64,000 nucleotides of DNA from Candidatus Marinacidobacterales bacterium (GCA_965219415.1 CBDCNP010000002.1:4384001-4448000), one strand, 5' to 3'. Counted from the first letter of the stretch, positions 21,279 to 33,143 are shown. The notes: generated by a model from the letters alone, not told the origin. Program-made: numbers and translations.

Positions 21279-21546
21279 GAAAGATCGGCCAAGAGAATTC
21301 GCTGCTACAGTCCGACGGTGCGATCGCGGCCATGTTCCCGGAGTGGTTCCCAGCAGAAGAGCGGCCGGTCACGCTCTCGATGCGTTCAGAGCACGAGGAT
21401 ACAGAAGAACTGTTCTGGCAGAGCGAAGCGGCTCATTTGCGTGCCGCGTTCAAACGCCACGTCGTGCCCCGTATCGACGAAGGTAACCCCAACCATTTTT
21501 CCGTCTTCGCGTTTGCCAATCAGCCGCTTCTCATCCTGCTAGGTGT
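21279..21546 (+). pseudogene. SAVED-domain (CBASS effector-like) internal fragment
   Basis: KIGQENS...AMFPEWFPAEERPVTLSM...FWQSEAAHL...HFSVFAFANQPLLILLG. Confidence 0.65.
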
Positions 21547-22830
21547 TGTCCATCATCATTATTGGTCCGGGACTGGATCTAGGCCCGGACCGCCCTCGAG
21601 CCCATGCTGGAGAGCGTGGTCAGCGCGCGAGGGAAGGTGCTGAGGACGAACTTCTCGGCGACCAGCCGAGTAACGCGAGCGACCAAGCTGACTCAGGCTG
21701 CCTCTCGCCACTCGTATCGGCAGTGCAGTCCACCGACTCGCGGCAGTGCGACTACTTTCGCCGTAGGAGACGGTCGGTGCGTGACCGCTCTCAAGCTTGG
21801 TGTGTCCTTGTTCAGCCCCAAGTGGCAACGGTCCTCATGATAGTAGCTGATGTAAGCTCGCACGAGCCGGATGAGATGACATGCGCCGAGAACCACGACG
21901 TGCTCAAGGAGCTCGCGGCGGCAGCTGCCGATCCACCGCTCCGCGGTTCCGTTTTGCCATGGGCTGCGAAACGAAGTGCGAACGGGTTTTGTGCCCGTTG
22001 CTTTGATGAACTCGATGACCGCAGCGCTAAAGATGAAGTCGCGATCGAAGATGAGATATTTCGGAGCGGTGTCGTAGGGAAACGCCTCACGCAGTTGCTG
22101 AATAACCCAAGCAGACGTCGGGTGGAACGTGGCGTTGAAGTGAACGATGTGCCGACGACCGTGCTCGATGATGAAGAAGCCATACAGCAGCCGGAGCGAC
22201 GCGGTGGGCACGGTGAACAGATCCATGGCGGCGATATCGTCTTTATGGTTGCGCAAGAAAGCCATCCATCGCTTCAGCTGGTCGGGCTCCGCGGGACGCC
22301 GCGGCAGGTATCGCGACACCGTGCTCTCGGAGATGATGAAACCGAGCTTGGTGAGCTCAGCATGGATGCGTGGCGCCCCCCAGCCGTCTTGCGCCATCGT
22401 GCGGACGAGGCGACGGATCTCGACATCAATCCGAGGCCGACCGGGGTGGCGGCGCTGCGAGATATTTGCCCAGTACCGTCGGAATCGGTCGCGATGCCAA
22501 CGGGCCACGGTGTCCGCGTGGACGATGAGCAGGCGGCTCGCCCACACGGGCCACGAACCTCGAAGGGCAACCCAGAAAGCCCGTTCCGTGTCCTCGAGCG
22601 GTGAGCGTGGGCACTCTTTCTTCAGCGCCGTCACTTGCTGCCGCAAAGCGACGTTCTCCAACACCAGGTCGGCGCGGCGCCGACACATCGCCCGAATGGC
22701 ACGGACGCCAAGTGAGACGAGGAAGACAACAACGTCGAGCATAGCGGCGGAGTTTCGCCATCTTCTGCTCGGAATTCAAGCGGAGCGTAAGTCCTTGATT
22801 TCGTGGGCGGAGCAGTTTTGACGATGCACA
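21547..22830 (-). mobile_element. rve/integrase-core transposon, lineage A (349-aa CDS 21693-22742), IS481-like
   Basis: Ends TGTGCATCGTCA / TGTCCATCATCA; LENVALRQQ, WGAPRIHAEL, AMDLFTV, IFDRD, PWQNGTAER. Confidence 0.88.
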
Positions 22831-22987
22831 ACCTCTTGCATCATCCACTCCCCGACGATTGGGAGAAACAGCGCGCCCTCATCGCAACGCTTTAAGGTGC
22901 CAAAACTCGGCTCTTTTGAAAGAAACCACAAATCAGCAGCTTAGTGTCTGTGTTTGCGACCGGGCCAAGGCGGCGCAAGGGTCTTGG

Positions 22988-24247
22988 TGAAGTGACCCCG
23001 CTTTCGTGGACAGGTTAAGAGTTAGGGATCAAGCGTCGCGATAGTACCTCCTTTCGAATTGGATAGGCGAGCAATAGTCGATGGCGGAGTGTCGTCGTCG
23101 CGGGTTGTACCAGCCTTCGATGAAATCGAAGGTCGCCATGCGCGCCTCAGCGTGGTAGCGAAACGACCGGCGCTCGATCAGCTCGCACTCGAGCGTCGCG
23201 AAGAAGCTCTCGCACATCGCATTGTCGTAACAGTCCCCGACCGAACCCATCGACGGTCGCACCCCGGCCTCCCGGCATCGCTGGCCGAACGCTAGTGACG
23301 TGTACTGCGTGCCCTGGTCCGAGTGATGGATGACGTCGCCGGGCTTGCGTTGGAACAGCGCCATGTCGAGGGCGCTCAAGACGAGCGACGTCCGCAGGTG
23401 GGTAGCCATTGCCCATCCGACGATGCGTCGGCTGAAGGCGTCCAGCACGACGGCGAGGAACAAGAAGCCCGACCACGTGGGCACGTAGGTGATATCGGCG
23501 ACCCACAGGCGGTCGGGCCGGTCCACCTCGAAATTCCTGTCGACGAGATCGGGGGCGGGACGGGCGTCGTCACAGCGAATCGTAGTGTGCGCCCTCTTGC
23601 GCCGGTGAACACCTTGAATGCCAGCCTCGCGCATCAGCCGCGCTACACGCTTGCGTGAGACGTGGAGCTCGTGTGTCTCTCGTAGCTCGTGGAGAATCCT
23701 CGGCGCGCCGTACGTGCTCCGCGACGCGGTGTGAATCGCCCGGATCTTCTCAAGCAACTCCGCATCCGACACCGCGCGGGCCGACGGGGCACGCTCAAGC
23801 CACGCATAGTAGCCGCTGGCGGAGACGTCCAGCAGTCGGCACATCGTGGCAACCGGTAGTGAATCCTGGTTCGCCCTCACGAATCGGAAGGCTTCGGTGG
23901 TACCGACTCGGTCTCCCGAGCGAACCAGGCCGCGGCTTTTGAGAGGATCTCCCGCTCCAACCGTAGTTGACGGTTCTCCCGTCGCAGGCGGCGGAGCTCC
24001 GCACGCTCCTCACTCGTCAGACCGTCCTGCCTGCGACCCTCGTCGAGATCCGCCTGGTTCACCCAGTTCCGGATCGTCTGGCCCGAGGGCTCAAACTCTC
24101 GCGCCAGCTCTTCAGAGCCGCGGCCAGCTCGCACCAGCTCTACCATTTGGCGCCGGAACTCGGCCGCGTATCTGTTTCCCTGCTTTGACATCGTGGACTC
24201 CCCTGTCTCCCAAAGGATTAGGTGTCCACGAAAGCGGGTCAAGTCCA
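22988..24247 (-). mobile_element. IS3 lineage 1, copy 2 (complete), inside a lineage-C mini element (about 22897-24276)
   Basis: Nearly identical to 642-1902; TSD TGG. Confidence 0.95.
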
Positions 24248-24316
24248 TGGGTTCGTTTGTGTTTTTGGACACGACGTGTTCTGACTAATGCTCGAGTGTT
24301 TTGAGCATCGCTTCCC

Positions 24317-25602
24317 TGTGCATCGTCAAAACTGCTCCGCCCACGAAATCAAGGACTTACGCTCCGCTTGAATTCCGGGCCGAAGACGGCGAAACTCCAC
24401 CGCTATGCTCGACGTTGTTGTCTTCCTCGTCTCACTTGGCGTCCGTGTCATTCGGGCGATGTGTCGGCGCCGCGCCGACCTGGTGTTGGAGAACGTCGCT
24501 TTGCGGCAGCAAGTGACGGCGCTGAAGAAAGAGCGCCCACGCCCACCGCTCGACGACACGGAACGGGCTTTCTGGGTTGCTCTTCGAGCTTCGTGGCCCG
24601 TGTGGGCGAGCCGCCTGCTCATCGTCCACGCGGACACCGTGGCCCGTTGGCATCGCGACCGATTCCGACGGTACTGGGCAAAGATGTCGCAGCGCTGCCA
24701 TCCCGGTCGGCCTCGGATTGATGCCGAGATTCGCCGCCTCGTCCGCACGATGGCGCAAGACGGCTGGGGGGCGCCACGCATCCATGCTGAACTCACCAAG
24801 CTCGGTTTCATCATCTCCGAGAGCACGGTGTCGCGATACCTGCCGCGGCATCCCGCGGAGCCCGATCAGCTGAAGCGATGGATGGCTTTCTTGCGCAACC
24901 ATAAAGACGATATCGCCGCCATGGATCTGTTCACCGTGCCCACCGCTTCGCTCCGGCTGCTGTACGGCTTCTTCGTCATCGAGCACGGCCGTCGGCACAT
25001 CGTTCACTTCAACGCCACGTTCCACCCGACGTCTGCTTGGGTTATTCAGCAACTGCGTGAGGCGTTTCCCTACGACACCGCTCCGAAATATCTCATCTTC
25101 GATCGCGACTTCATCTTTAGCGCTGCGGTCATCGAGTTCATCAAGGCAACGGGCACAAAACCCGTTCGCACTTCGTTTCGCAGCCCATGGCAAAACGGAA
25201 CCGCGGAGCGGTGGGTCGGCAGCTGCCGTCGCGAGCTCCTTGAGCACGTCGTGGTTCTCGGTGCATGTCATCTCATCCGGCTCGTGCGAGCTTACATCAG
25301 CTACTATCACGAGGACCGTTGCCACTTGGGGCTGAACAAGGACACACCGAGCTTGAGGGCGGTCACGCACCGACCGTCTCCTACGGCGAAAGTCGTCGCA
25401 CTGCCGCGAGTCGGTGGACTGCACCATCGATACGAGTGGCGAGAGGCAGCCTGAGTCAGCTTGGTCGCTCGCGTTATTCGGCTGGTCGCCGAGAAGTTCG
25501 TCCTCAGCACCTTCCCTCGCGCGCTGACCACGCTCTCCAGCATGTGCTCGAGGGCGCTCCGGGCCCTAGAGTCCAGTCCCGGATTAACAATGATGATGGA
25601 CA
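24317..25602 (+). mobile_element. rve lineage A, copy 2 (CDS 24405-25454)
   Basis: Same ends and a near-identical 349-aa ORF. Confidence 0.9.
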
Positions 25603-25744
25603 ACAGGACGGGATCGAAACCAGACCTACGGAGCGTACTTCGACAGTCGCGTCGACGGTCTCGGGATAGAGCAGGTCCTTACCGCCCCGCGCTCCCCGTG
25701 GCAGAATCCATTCGTCGAAAGGATGATCGGCTCCATTCGACGTG

Positions 25745-25910
25745 GGTGCTTGCGCTGTTTACTGTTGGTGATATGTACGCATCCCTTTGCAAAAGAGGCA
25801 CTTACGCTCCATTTAGCGCGCGGCGAAGGTCATAAGCGCTATTTTGACTGTAACTTAATGCGCCGTAAAGTCTTAGCGTCATCTTACCAACACTTGATGG
25901 CGGAAGCACC
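25745..25910 (+). repeat. IS1-end MITE, copy 6, followed by a solo IS1 end to 25943
   Basis: 166-bp match to the family. Confidence 0.9.
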
Positions 25911-26148
25911 GGCTGGCCGCCAACACTTAATTGCGGAAGCACCCGCTGATGCCCAGGGTGCCGACTACAATAAGGATACCGTAACCGACCGCGCATCGCC
26001 CGACAGGGACCGCAACCCGCTGACCCGGGTCTCGTGCTGGGCGCGTCGGCCAAGGTCGCGGCGCCCTTGTGCAGAAGCGCCTACTTACAAGTTACTGGAA
26101 TCGCGGGTCTTGAGTCCGTTTGTGTTTTGGACACGACGGCCGTGGCGG

Positions 26149-26445
26149 TCATACGCGGTCGAGAATCCGGCGATACACTTCGCGCCGGTGGGCGACTCCT
26201 ACGACGTAGACGACGATTTCCGTCACGTGGACCTCGTATACGATTCGGTAATCTCCGATTCGGATGCGGTAGGCGTTCTCGCGCCCTCGCAGACGTCCAG
26301 CTCCGATGGGGATGGGGTCTTCGCCGAGCCCGTCGATGGTCGCCTTCGCCCGGTCGCGAATCTTGGTCGGCAGCTTCCGGAGCTCCTTGGGGATGGCGGC
26401 GTGAAGAAGGACCCTATACTTCGTCTCGGACCTCTTCCCACTCAA
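26149..26445 (-). CDS. relE: RelE/ParE family toxin
   Basis: KELRKLP...DPIPIGAGRLRG..AYRIRIGDYRIVYEV...VAHRREVY; start uncertain. Confidence 0.85.
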   Translation of the reverse strand: MSGKRSETKYRVLLHAAIPKELRKLPTKIRDRAKATIDGLGEDPIPIGAGRLRGRENAYRIRIGDYRIVYEVHVTEIVVYVVGVAHRREVYRRILDRV

Positions 26446-26614
26446 TCCACGGGCCGCGTCGACGTTGCTCGATCAACGCCAGATCCTCGGAATCTTCCAA
26501 CCACTGGGCGATCGCCTCTTGAACGACCGCCTGCGCTTTGAGACCGTGCTCTTCGCAATAACGGTCTAGCAACTTTTTCAGCTCTTCGTCGATGCGATGG
26601 GTGATCGTAGCCAT
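26414..26614 (-). CDS. RHH-type antitoxin
   Basis: ITHRIDEELKKLLDRYC; acidic C-terminus; lies upstream of the toxin. Confidence 0.8.
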   Translation of the reverse strand: MATITHRIDEELKKLLDRYCEEHGLKAQAVVQEAIAQWLEDSEDLALIEQRRRGPWIEWEEVRDEV

Positions 26615-26819
26615 GCAGGAAGGATAGACCAGTTTGCAAGTTATTGCAAGTTTTTACTTCCATAAGTGGCCCGAGTTCGACACCCACGACTTTCCGGAGC
26701 CGTCGGCCTTGAAGGCAGAGATGAGAGCGCAAACCAACGACGAAATCATGCAGGCATGGTGTCGGCAGACCGGAGACTAATCAAGTTCGGTGCGCGCGGA
26801 TGAATAAATAGAAGGCACA

Positions 26820-27064
26820 GCCGACGGGGCAACTGCTACGACAACGCCGTCATCGAGAGCTGGTTCTCCACGGTCAAGCACGAGCTTGAGGAGCATTTCC
26901 TCAGTTGCGGCGAGGCCAAGATGGCCCTCTTCGACTTCATCGAGGTATTCTACAACCAGAGACGACGACACTCGACCCTCGGCCAGGTCAGTCCGGCCGA
27001 GTTTGAACGACGGATGAGGACTTCGCCAGCTTAACTAAACCGTCTACGAAACCGGATCAAGCCC
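26820..27064 (+). pseudogene. IS3 lineage-3 OrfB 3' fragment with right end
   Basis: GNCYDNAVIESWFSTVKHE...FYNQRRRHSTLG. Confidence 0.85.
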
Positions 27065-27365
27065 AGCTTTCCATGGCGCGCTTCAACGAGGAAAACTCCT
27101 CTGCGTACCTGGCCATGACGGAAAGCTCGCGGCTTTTGAATGTCGCCAGGAGAAGCGCCGTTTCGTTGATCTCCGGCCGCTTGAAGCGCGCAAGGTAGCC
27201 TTCCGCCGCCTTCTGCGCGGCAGCAATAACGTCTTGGGGGGTCTGCGACACTACATCCTTCGCCGCTTCCCGCGCGGCAGCGATAACGCCTTGGGAGGTC
27301 TGCGACGCTACATCCTTCGCCGCCTCCCGCGCGGCAGCGAGGATGTTTTTAATTTCTTCGTTCAT
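27057..27365 (-). CDS. Hypothetical protein with 19-aa tandem repeats, truncated by an IS3 end
   Basis: IAAAREAAKDVxSQTxQxV repeated about 2.5 times (57-bp unit). Confidence 0.5.
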   Translation of the reverse strand: MNEEIKNILAAAREAAKDVASQTSQGVIAAAREAAKDVVSQTPQDVIAAAQKAAEGYLARFKRPEINETALLLATFKSRELSVMARYAEEFSSLKRAMESWA

Positions 27366-27809
27366 GTTATTACCATGAAGCCTATGTCGGCGTCCGTTTC
27401 GCTGGCCCTGACGAGCTGTGTTACCTGGTCAAGCTGCGTGAAGTAATGGTGCGGCTGTGGCGAGTCGTCGCGGCACGCTGGCACCGGGACGCCGGGCAGG
27501 GCGAGGGCGAGATCGCCGATGGGAACGAACCCCGTCGTGTCCAAAAACACAAACGAACTCAAGACCGGCTAGCAACGCGCCCTCGTCGCAACACTTTAAG
27601 GTAGGCCACGCCTGTAAAGCCAACCCTCGGCTGCTGCCACGCTCGCTCTTGGTCTCCATGAGTCGGCGAACGGCATTGCCCCCTATTAATGTGGTAGCAG
27701 GATGGCTGGCTGTTCATCGGCCCATTGCGTCAGTCACCCTCTCAACTTGATAGTACCTGACAATACCCTAGCACGCTACCGAACCGTCTCACGCTAGAAT
27801 GGCTTCGTT

Positions 27810-28460
27810 ATGTCGAAACTGTACTTTCGGACTCTATGGGCCGGCGTCGCGTCGCCCTTTGCGGCAGCGGGTCTTGGCCTGTTCGTCTATCGGAGTCTGA
27901 CGCGCGCGAGCGCCGACAGGGACGCCGACTTCGTCTTCCGTCTCTCCATAGTCGCGATCGCGATGGCCTTGCCGGGCGTCATCACTCTCGTCCTCGCGCT
28001 TGCCGACCACCGCAAAGGAGCCTTCTCAACCGTGAGCAAGGTGGGCCTAATGCTCGGCATTCTGTCGCTCGGCCTCGTGTTCCTTCCGATTCGAGGCGTC
28101 GTCGAGCGCGCTACGCAGGCGCGGAACCTGGCGCTCAGTGACGTCGAGGCGCCGCCTTTCTCGACGGCGGACATCCACGGCAACACGCATCGTCTCGACG
28201 AGCATGGAGGAAAGGTCGTGCTCGTAAACGTTTGGGCGACCTGGTGCCCGCCGTGCCGCAGGGAAATGCCGGATCTCGACAAGCTCTATCAGGAGCGCAA
28301 GAAACAGGGATTCATGGTCTTCGGCCTCTCCACAGAGGACCTCGAAACGCAGCTCGACTTCGAAGAAAACGTCCTGTCGGTGAGCTACCCCCTCCTGACG
28401 ATCGAGGGGGACGTCCCCGAGATTTATCAGACGACGGCGCGATACCCCGCCAACTCGTGA
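27810..28460 (+). pseudogene. TlpA-family thiol:disulfide oxidoreductase with N-terminal TMs, C-terminus cut by an rve end at 28456
   Basis: GKVVLVNVWATWCPPCRREMPDL. Confidence 0.85.
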
Positions 28461-28629
28461 GGTCAAAATACTCATGCGGCTTCCCGATGGTAGAAACGGA
28501 GCAACCCGCCAAGCCGTTCACGGGAGCGCACCTTGCGCTCGGACTGAGGTAACGGGTCGCTGGCTGGGAACAGCAGCAGATTCTCCTTGCCTTGATGATT
28601 CCTCTCATGATGATAGTAGACGACGTACT

Positions 28630-30352
28630 CGTTTGGTCAAGAAATTCGTCCGTCACTTCGATCGCGTGGCACGACCCGAATACGGGTTGACACGGCCGTG
28701 TTACACGAATTACTCCGGCTCAACAAGGCTACGTGTGATCGCCGACCAATACAGGAATAGGCCGACGATACTGAGACTGCCGAAAATGAACACCGCTTCA
28801 AGGCGCCCAGACAGACCCCAAAACCAGAATGAGTCCTCGGTGCCTTCCAGGTATCGGACCAGATTATCGGCAAACGCCGCGAAGAAGAGCATCGAGCTCC
28901 AGTAGAGCGGGCCGTGATGCTGACCGAGTGGGTTGACTTCGTCCCGGGAGGGTCTTTCCCTGGCCTCAGCAAAGGACAGATAGCCAAAGCCCGTGACTAT
29001 GTAAGCGATATTGAAGCCGACAAAGATCAAGATGGGTAGTGATACTCGCCACCACGACCAGTCGCTGAAAACGGCCAGCTTAAGGAGTGCCACGATCAAA
29101 GTGAGGGCGCCGAAGACAAAGAACCCGGTGGTCTGAATTTCCTTCTCGCCGGCCGTGGCTCCAGTTTTCATGCCGCCTCTCGGTGGTAGTATCTCAGCAG
29201 CCCACCGAGCCTTTCCCGACAAAGGATTGGCCCTTCGCGGGGGCCGCTGCTTTCTACAGACGGAAAGAGAATGACGTTTTCCTTGCCTTGATGGTTCCTC
29301 TCTCCATGATAATGAGCGAGATAGGAAGCCAGACACCGTCTGAATGCTGGCTCGCCGAACAAGATCAGCTTCGATAGACTTCACAGACTTCACCCAGCGC
29401 TCCGCGAAGGAGTTCAAATTCGGGCTTCTCGCAGGCAGTTTGACGGTCTTGATACCCACCTCTTCGAGTGTCCGCTGAAACGACGCGCAGAATTTCGAGT
29501 CGCGATCGTGGATCAAGTAGCGGGTCGAGCAAAGAAAGCCGACATCCGCCATGGTCACATTCCGGACCACTTGGGTCATCCACCTTTCGTCTGGATAGGG
29601 TGTGATACCGGCAATATGAACGCGTCGCGTAGCCAGGTGTATGAAGAATAAAACGTAGTAGGTGACCAGCCCGGACTTCGTCCACACCTCCGCGGTGAAG
29701 AAATCCGTTGCCGCAAGGACGTCCATGTGCGAGCGGATGAACTCGTTCCACGTCGTTGTCTTTTCTCGCTCCGGCGCGGGCGGTATACTGTGGCGCTTCA
29801 GTATGTTGCCGACGGTTTGGTCGCTCGCTCGATACCCGAGGTTCGCCATGGCCCCGGCAATGCGATCATAGCCCCACGATCGGTTCTCTCTCGCGAAGCG
29901 GATAATCAGCTGTTCGATCTTTTCGTCGATTCGTGGTCGCCCCGGATACGTCCGGTTCTTGGAACCGTCGAACTTCCTGGCGATGAGCTTGCGGTGCCAC
30001 CCGAGAATCGTATCGGGCCTGACGATACTCGCTACCTCTTCGAGCGCGCGCTTGCCGAGCTGTTTTCCGATCTCCGCCAAGGTTCTCCGCTCACCATCGG
30101 TCAGGCGCAAACGGCCTTGCAGCTGATCTCGAAGAATACGATTCTCGGTAACGAGGTACTCGTTGCGCAGGAGCAGTTCTCGGTCGACCGATCCCGTGAT
30201 GTACGCCAGCATTGTCTTCCAGTCCATTGTGTCTCCCCGGAGAACTAGAGTAAGTACCTGACCACGACCTGTGATTCAACCGGTCTAACAGACCGAGGCC
30301 AAGCCCTCTCAAACTGGCCTACGGGAGCGCGTTTGAGTTTATTGACCAGACG
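28630..30352 (-). mobile_element. rve lineage-B variant with a frameshifted transposase (29168-30227) and a passenger gene
   Basis: TIRs CGTTTGGTCAAGAAATTC / CGTCTGGTCAATAAACTC; MDWKTMLAY...YYHREAA. Confidence 0.8.
28710..29171 (-). CDS. Four-TM membrane protein (transposon passenger)
   Basis: ATG overlaps the transposase TGA (ATGA); LKLAVFSDWSWWRVSLPI. Confidence 0.65.
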   Translation of the reverse strand: MKTGATAGEKEIQTTGFFVFGALTLIVALLKLAVFSDWSWWRVSLPILIFVGFNIAYIVTGFGYLSFAEARERPSRDEVNPLGQHHGPLYWSSMLFFAAFADNLVRYLEGTEDSFWFWGLSGRLEAVFIFGSLSIVGLFLYWSAITRSLVEPE

Positions 30353-30530
30353 GGCTTTAAATCACTGTAGTACAAGAGGATAGAACGACGTGGGCACCAG
30401 GGCTTCTCTGAGTTTTCGCTACATTGCCCCTGTGCCTTCTATTTATTCATCCGCCAGCCCATGGGTCGGAAGTCAGCCCTGCGGCGCGAAATACCCTGGA
30501 TTCTGCGCGGATTCCAAGGGCGTCTAAGCT

Positions 30531-30696
30531 GGTGCTTGCGCTGTTTACTGTTGGTGATGTGTACGCATCCCTTTGCAAAAAAGACACTTACGCTCCATTT
30601 AGTGCGCAGCGAAGATCACGAGAGCCATTTTGGATGTAACTTAATGCACTGTAAAGTCTTAGCGTCATCTCACCAACATTTGATAGCGGAAGCACC
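30531..30696 (+). repeat. IS1-end MITE, copy 7
   Basis: 166-bp match to the family. Confidence 0.9.
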
Positions 30697-30779
30697 CCCT
30701 TGCCTGAGTCAAAACGGATTCGCGCACCAACATCGTAAAACAGTGGAGTAAGCCCAGCCCCTTTTCGATTAGCAATTGT

Positions 30780-33143
30780 TTAGAAGAAACGCATGGAGTA
30801 GGTGAACTTGACCCCCCGACCGATCTGGGGCGCAAAGTCCTTGATGAACGAGGTGTGGTTCCGATGGAGCTCGTTGGTCAAGTTATAGGCCCGCACCGAA
30901 AAGATCTGTGCCATGTGCGAGCGAGCCAGGGTGTAGTTCACGTTGATGTTTAGCACGGTGTAGCCATCGGTAGGGGTCTCGGTGAGCGCCACCTTGTTCT
31001 GCTTCCCAGCGAACACTACCTCCGGCACGACGGCGAGCCCCTTGTAGGGGACCTCCACCTGCACACGCCCGTGGAGTGATGGGATTCGGGGAAGGAACTC
31101 ATCGATCGCAGTCAGCTTCGCCTCTGTGTAGCCAGCCGAAGCCTTAACCCAAAGATAATCCGTCAACCGAACGCTTCCTGCCGCATCGAAACCGACGAAG
31201 CGGCTGTCTCCCTGAACGAACGGGCTCAACCGCAGGCCGTCCGCCTCCTGATCGGTTGCGGCGGCGAAGACGAAGTTGTCGATATCGTAGTAGTAGAAAT
31301 TGACTTCTCCGGAGGCGTCGTTCGAGCCGCTCTTGAGACTCAGGTCCACTCCCAAGCTCGACTCACGGTCAAGGGTAGGATTTCCGATCTCGAAGGCCAA
31401 ATTCCCTACGTGCGAGCCGAAGTTGTAAAGCTCTTCAAGCGCAGGTGCGCGGTAGGAACGCGTGAGATTGGCCACGAAGGCTGCAGAGCTCGTGAGGTCG
31501 TATCGAATGCCAATCGACCCCGAAACGCCGGTGAAGGTTCGGGGGATGGCCGGAGGGGCTTCGAGATCGAGGTTCTCCTCTTCTTCGTGTTCACTCTCTC
31601 CTTCATCGTGCTCGCTTTCTTCCTCTTCGTGCTCACCGTCCTTCTCATCGTGGCCGTGATCGCTCTCCTGCCGCATTGCGGGGTTATAGTTGTTATGCTC
31701 GAAACGGGCTCCGAACTGAAGGGCGGCAGACGGGCCCAGCTTCAGTTCCTCGTACGCGAAGGCCGCAAACGCCGTTTGGGTCGTGGGTGGCGCGAGCGCC
31801 TCCTCGCCAATCACGTTGTAGTCTCGGTTCTTTGTCCAAACGCCGAACTTGCCGCTGAGACGTGCCACGGGATTCTGTTCGAACTCGGCGCGAAGAAGGT
31901 AGACGTTGTTGTCGAAGGATGTTCCAACCGTTGAGTCACCGGCAATGGTCTCGACCTCGTCGTGGGCATAGTCCACCAAAGTAAAAACGACTCGAAGTTC
32001 ATCCAGGATGGTATTGCGAAGCTCGTTCATGCCGAAATCGACGCGCACGTTCTGGCGGCGGGGCTCGATGCTGATGAAGACTTCTTCTTCGGCGTGCTCT
32101 CCCTCTTCTTCGTGACCGCTGTGAAAGTCCCCTGCGAAAGGAACGCCATAGTCTCCATCCTCAAACTCATAGCCCACCGCGAAATAAGTCCGATCTCCGT
32201 AGTAACCGGCGCCCGCGCTTGCGTTCGCAAACCGCGTGCGAGAGTTCTCGACTGGTCCCTCCGGCGTATCGTAGTCGCCGGTACGACGAGTACCGCCGCC
32301 GCCCCAAGCCATCCATTTCCCATTGCCGTAGCGGAGATGGCCGCTGGTTCCCGCCTGGTCGTTGGTGTTTCCGAAATTCGCCAACACCTGTCCATGGACG
32401 CCCTGAGGCTGAGATTGCCGAAAGATGTCTTGGCTGGTGATGGTATTGACAACACCACCGATGGCGTTGCTTCCGTAGAGTAATGTGGCGGGCCCCTTGA
32501 CAACCTCAATGCGCTCCGTGCTTCCTGGGTCGATAGTGGTGCCGTGGTCGCCCGACTGGCTCGACAAATCCGCAGTGCGGACGCCATCCTGCATGATGAG
32601 AACGCGGTCTCCATCGAATCCACGAATGATCGGCCTGCTGGATCCCGGGCCGAAGCTCCGCTTAGCAATCCCTGGCTCGTTCTCCAGCACTTCTCCCAGC
32701 GTGCCCCACATGTTGTGGGCCAGCTCGAAAGAATCCAGGACGGTCACTGCATTGAAGCTCTCTCGCGCCGTCGTCGCGCGACGAACGCTCGTCGTCACCG
32801 TCACTTGTTCGTGAACCGGTGATAGAGCCAACTTGATGTTGACTTCAACGATTTCCTCGGCGGCGACCGTCAAGGGTTGTCTCTCGGCAGACAGGTGCTC
32901 CCTCTGCACAAGCAGCTCATAGGTTCCCTCAGGAACCTTCTCGATGCGAAAGCGCCCCTCATGGTCCGTGGTGGTAAAACTACCGAGGCCGACGAGCAGG
33001 GCCACCGCGCCGTGGACGGGCTCTCCGTTGGCCTTAAGCGTGACCTTTCCGGTCACGATGCTCGCACCTTGGGCATTCGCGTGCGAGGCGAAGACGCTTG
33101 CGAACAAGCAGACGAACATACTCACAAAGATGGATCGATACAT
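30780..33143 (-). CDS. TonB-dependent receptor, ZnuD-like, with His/acidic-rich loops
   Basis: Signal peptide, N-terminal extension, RPIIRG, RIEVVKGPATLLYGSNAIGGVVN, C-terminal F; GAGGAG RBS. Confidence 0.92.
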   Translation of the reverse strand: MYRSIFVSMFVCLFASVFASHANAQGASIVTGKVTLKANGEPVHGAVALLVGLGSFTTTDHEGRFRIEKVPEGTYELLVQREHLSAERQPLTVAAEEIVEVNIKLALSPVHEQVTVTTSVRRATTARESFNAVTVLDSFELAHNMWGTLGEVLENEPGIAKRSFGPGSSRPIIRGFDGDRVLIMQDGVRTADLSSQSGDHGTTIDPGSTERIEVVKGPATLLYGSNAIGGVVNTITSQDIFRQSQPQGVHGQVLANFGNTNDQAGTSGHLRYGNGKWMAWGGGGTRRTGDYDTPEGPVENSRTRFANASAGAGYYGDRTYFAVGYEFEDGDYGVPFAGDFHSGHEEEGEHAEEEVFISIEPRRQNVRVDFGMNELRNTILDELRVVFTLVDYAHDEVETIAGDSTVGTSFDNNVYLLRAEFEQNPVARLSGKFGVWTKNRDYNVIGEEALAPPTTQTAFAAFAYEELKLGPSAALQFGARFEHNNYNPAMRQESDHGHDEKDGEHEEEESEHDEGESEHEEEENLDLEAPPAIPRTFTGVSGSIGIRYDLTSSAAFVANLTRSYRAPALEELYNFGSHVGNLAFEIGNPTLDRESSLGVDLSLKSGSNDASGEVNFYYYDIDNFVFAAATDQEADGLRLSPFVQGDSRFVGFDAAGSVRLTDYLWVKASAGYTEAKLTAIDEFLPRIPSLHGRVQVEVPYKGLAVVPEVVFAGKQNKVALTETPTDGYTVLNINVNYTLARSHMAQIFSVRAYNLTNELHRNHTSFIKDFAPQIGRGVKFTYSMRFF

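Noticed and set aside
28710-30227. 505-aa transposase-membrane fusion protein
   Set aside because: Artefact of a small deletion near 29375; the true transposase tail (YYHREAA) is in another frame and the TM gene has its own ATG.
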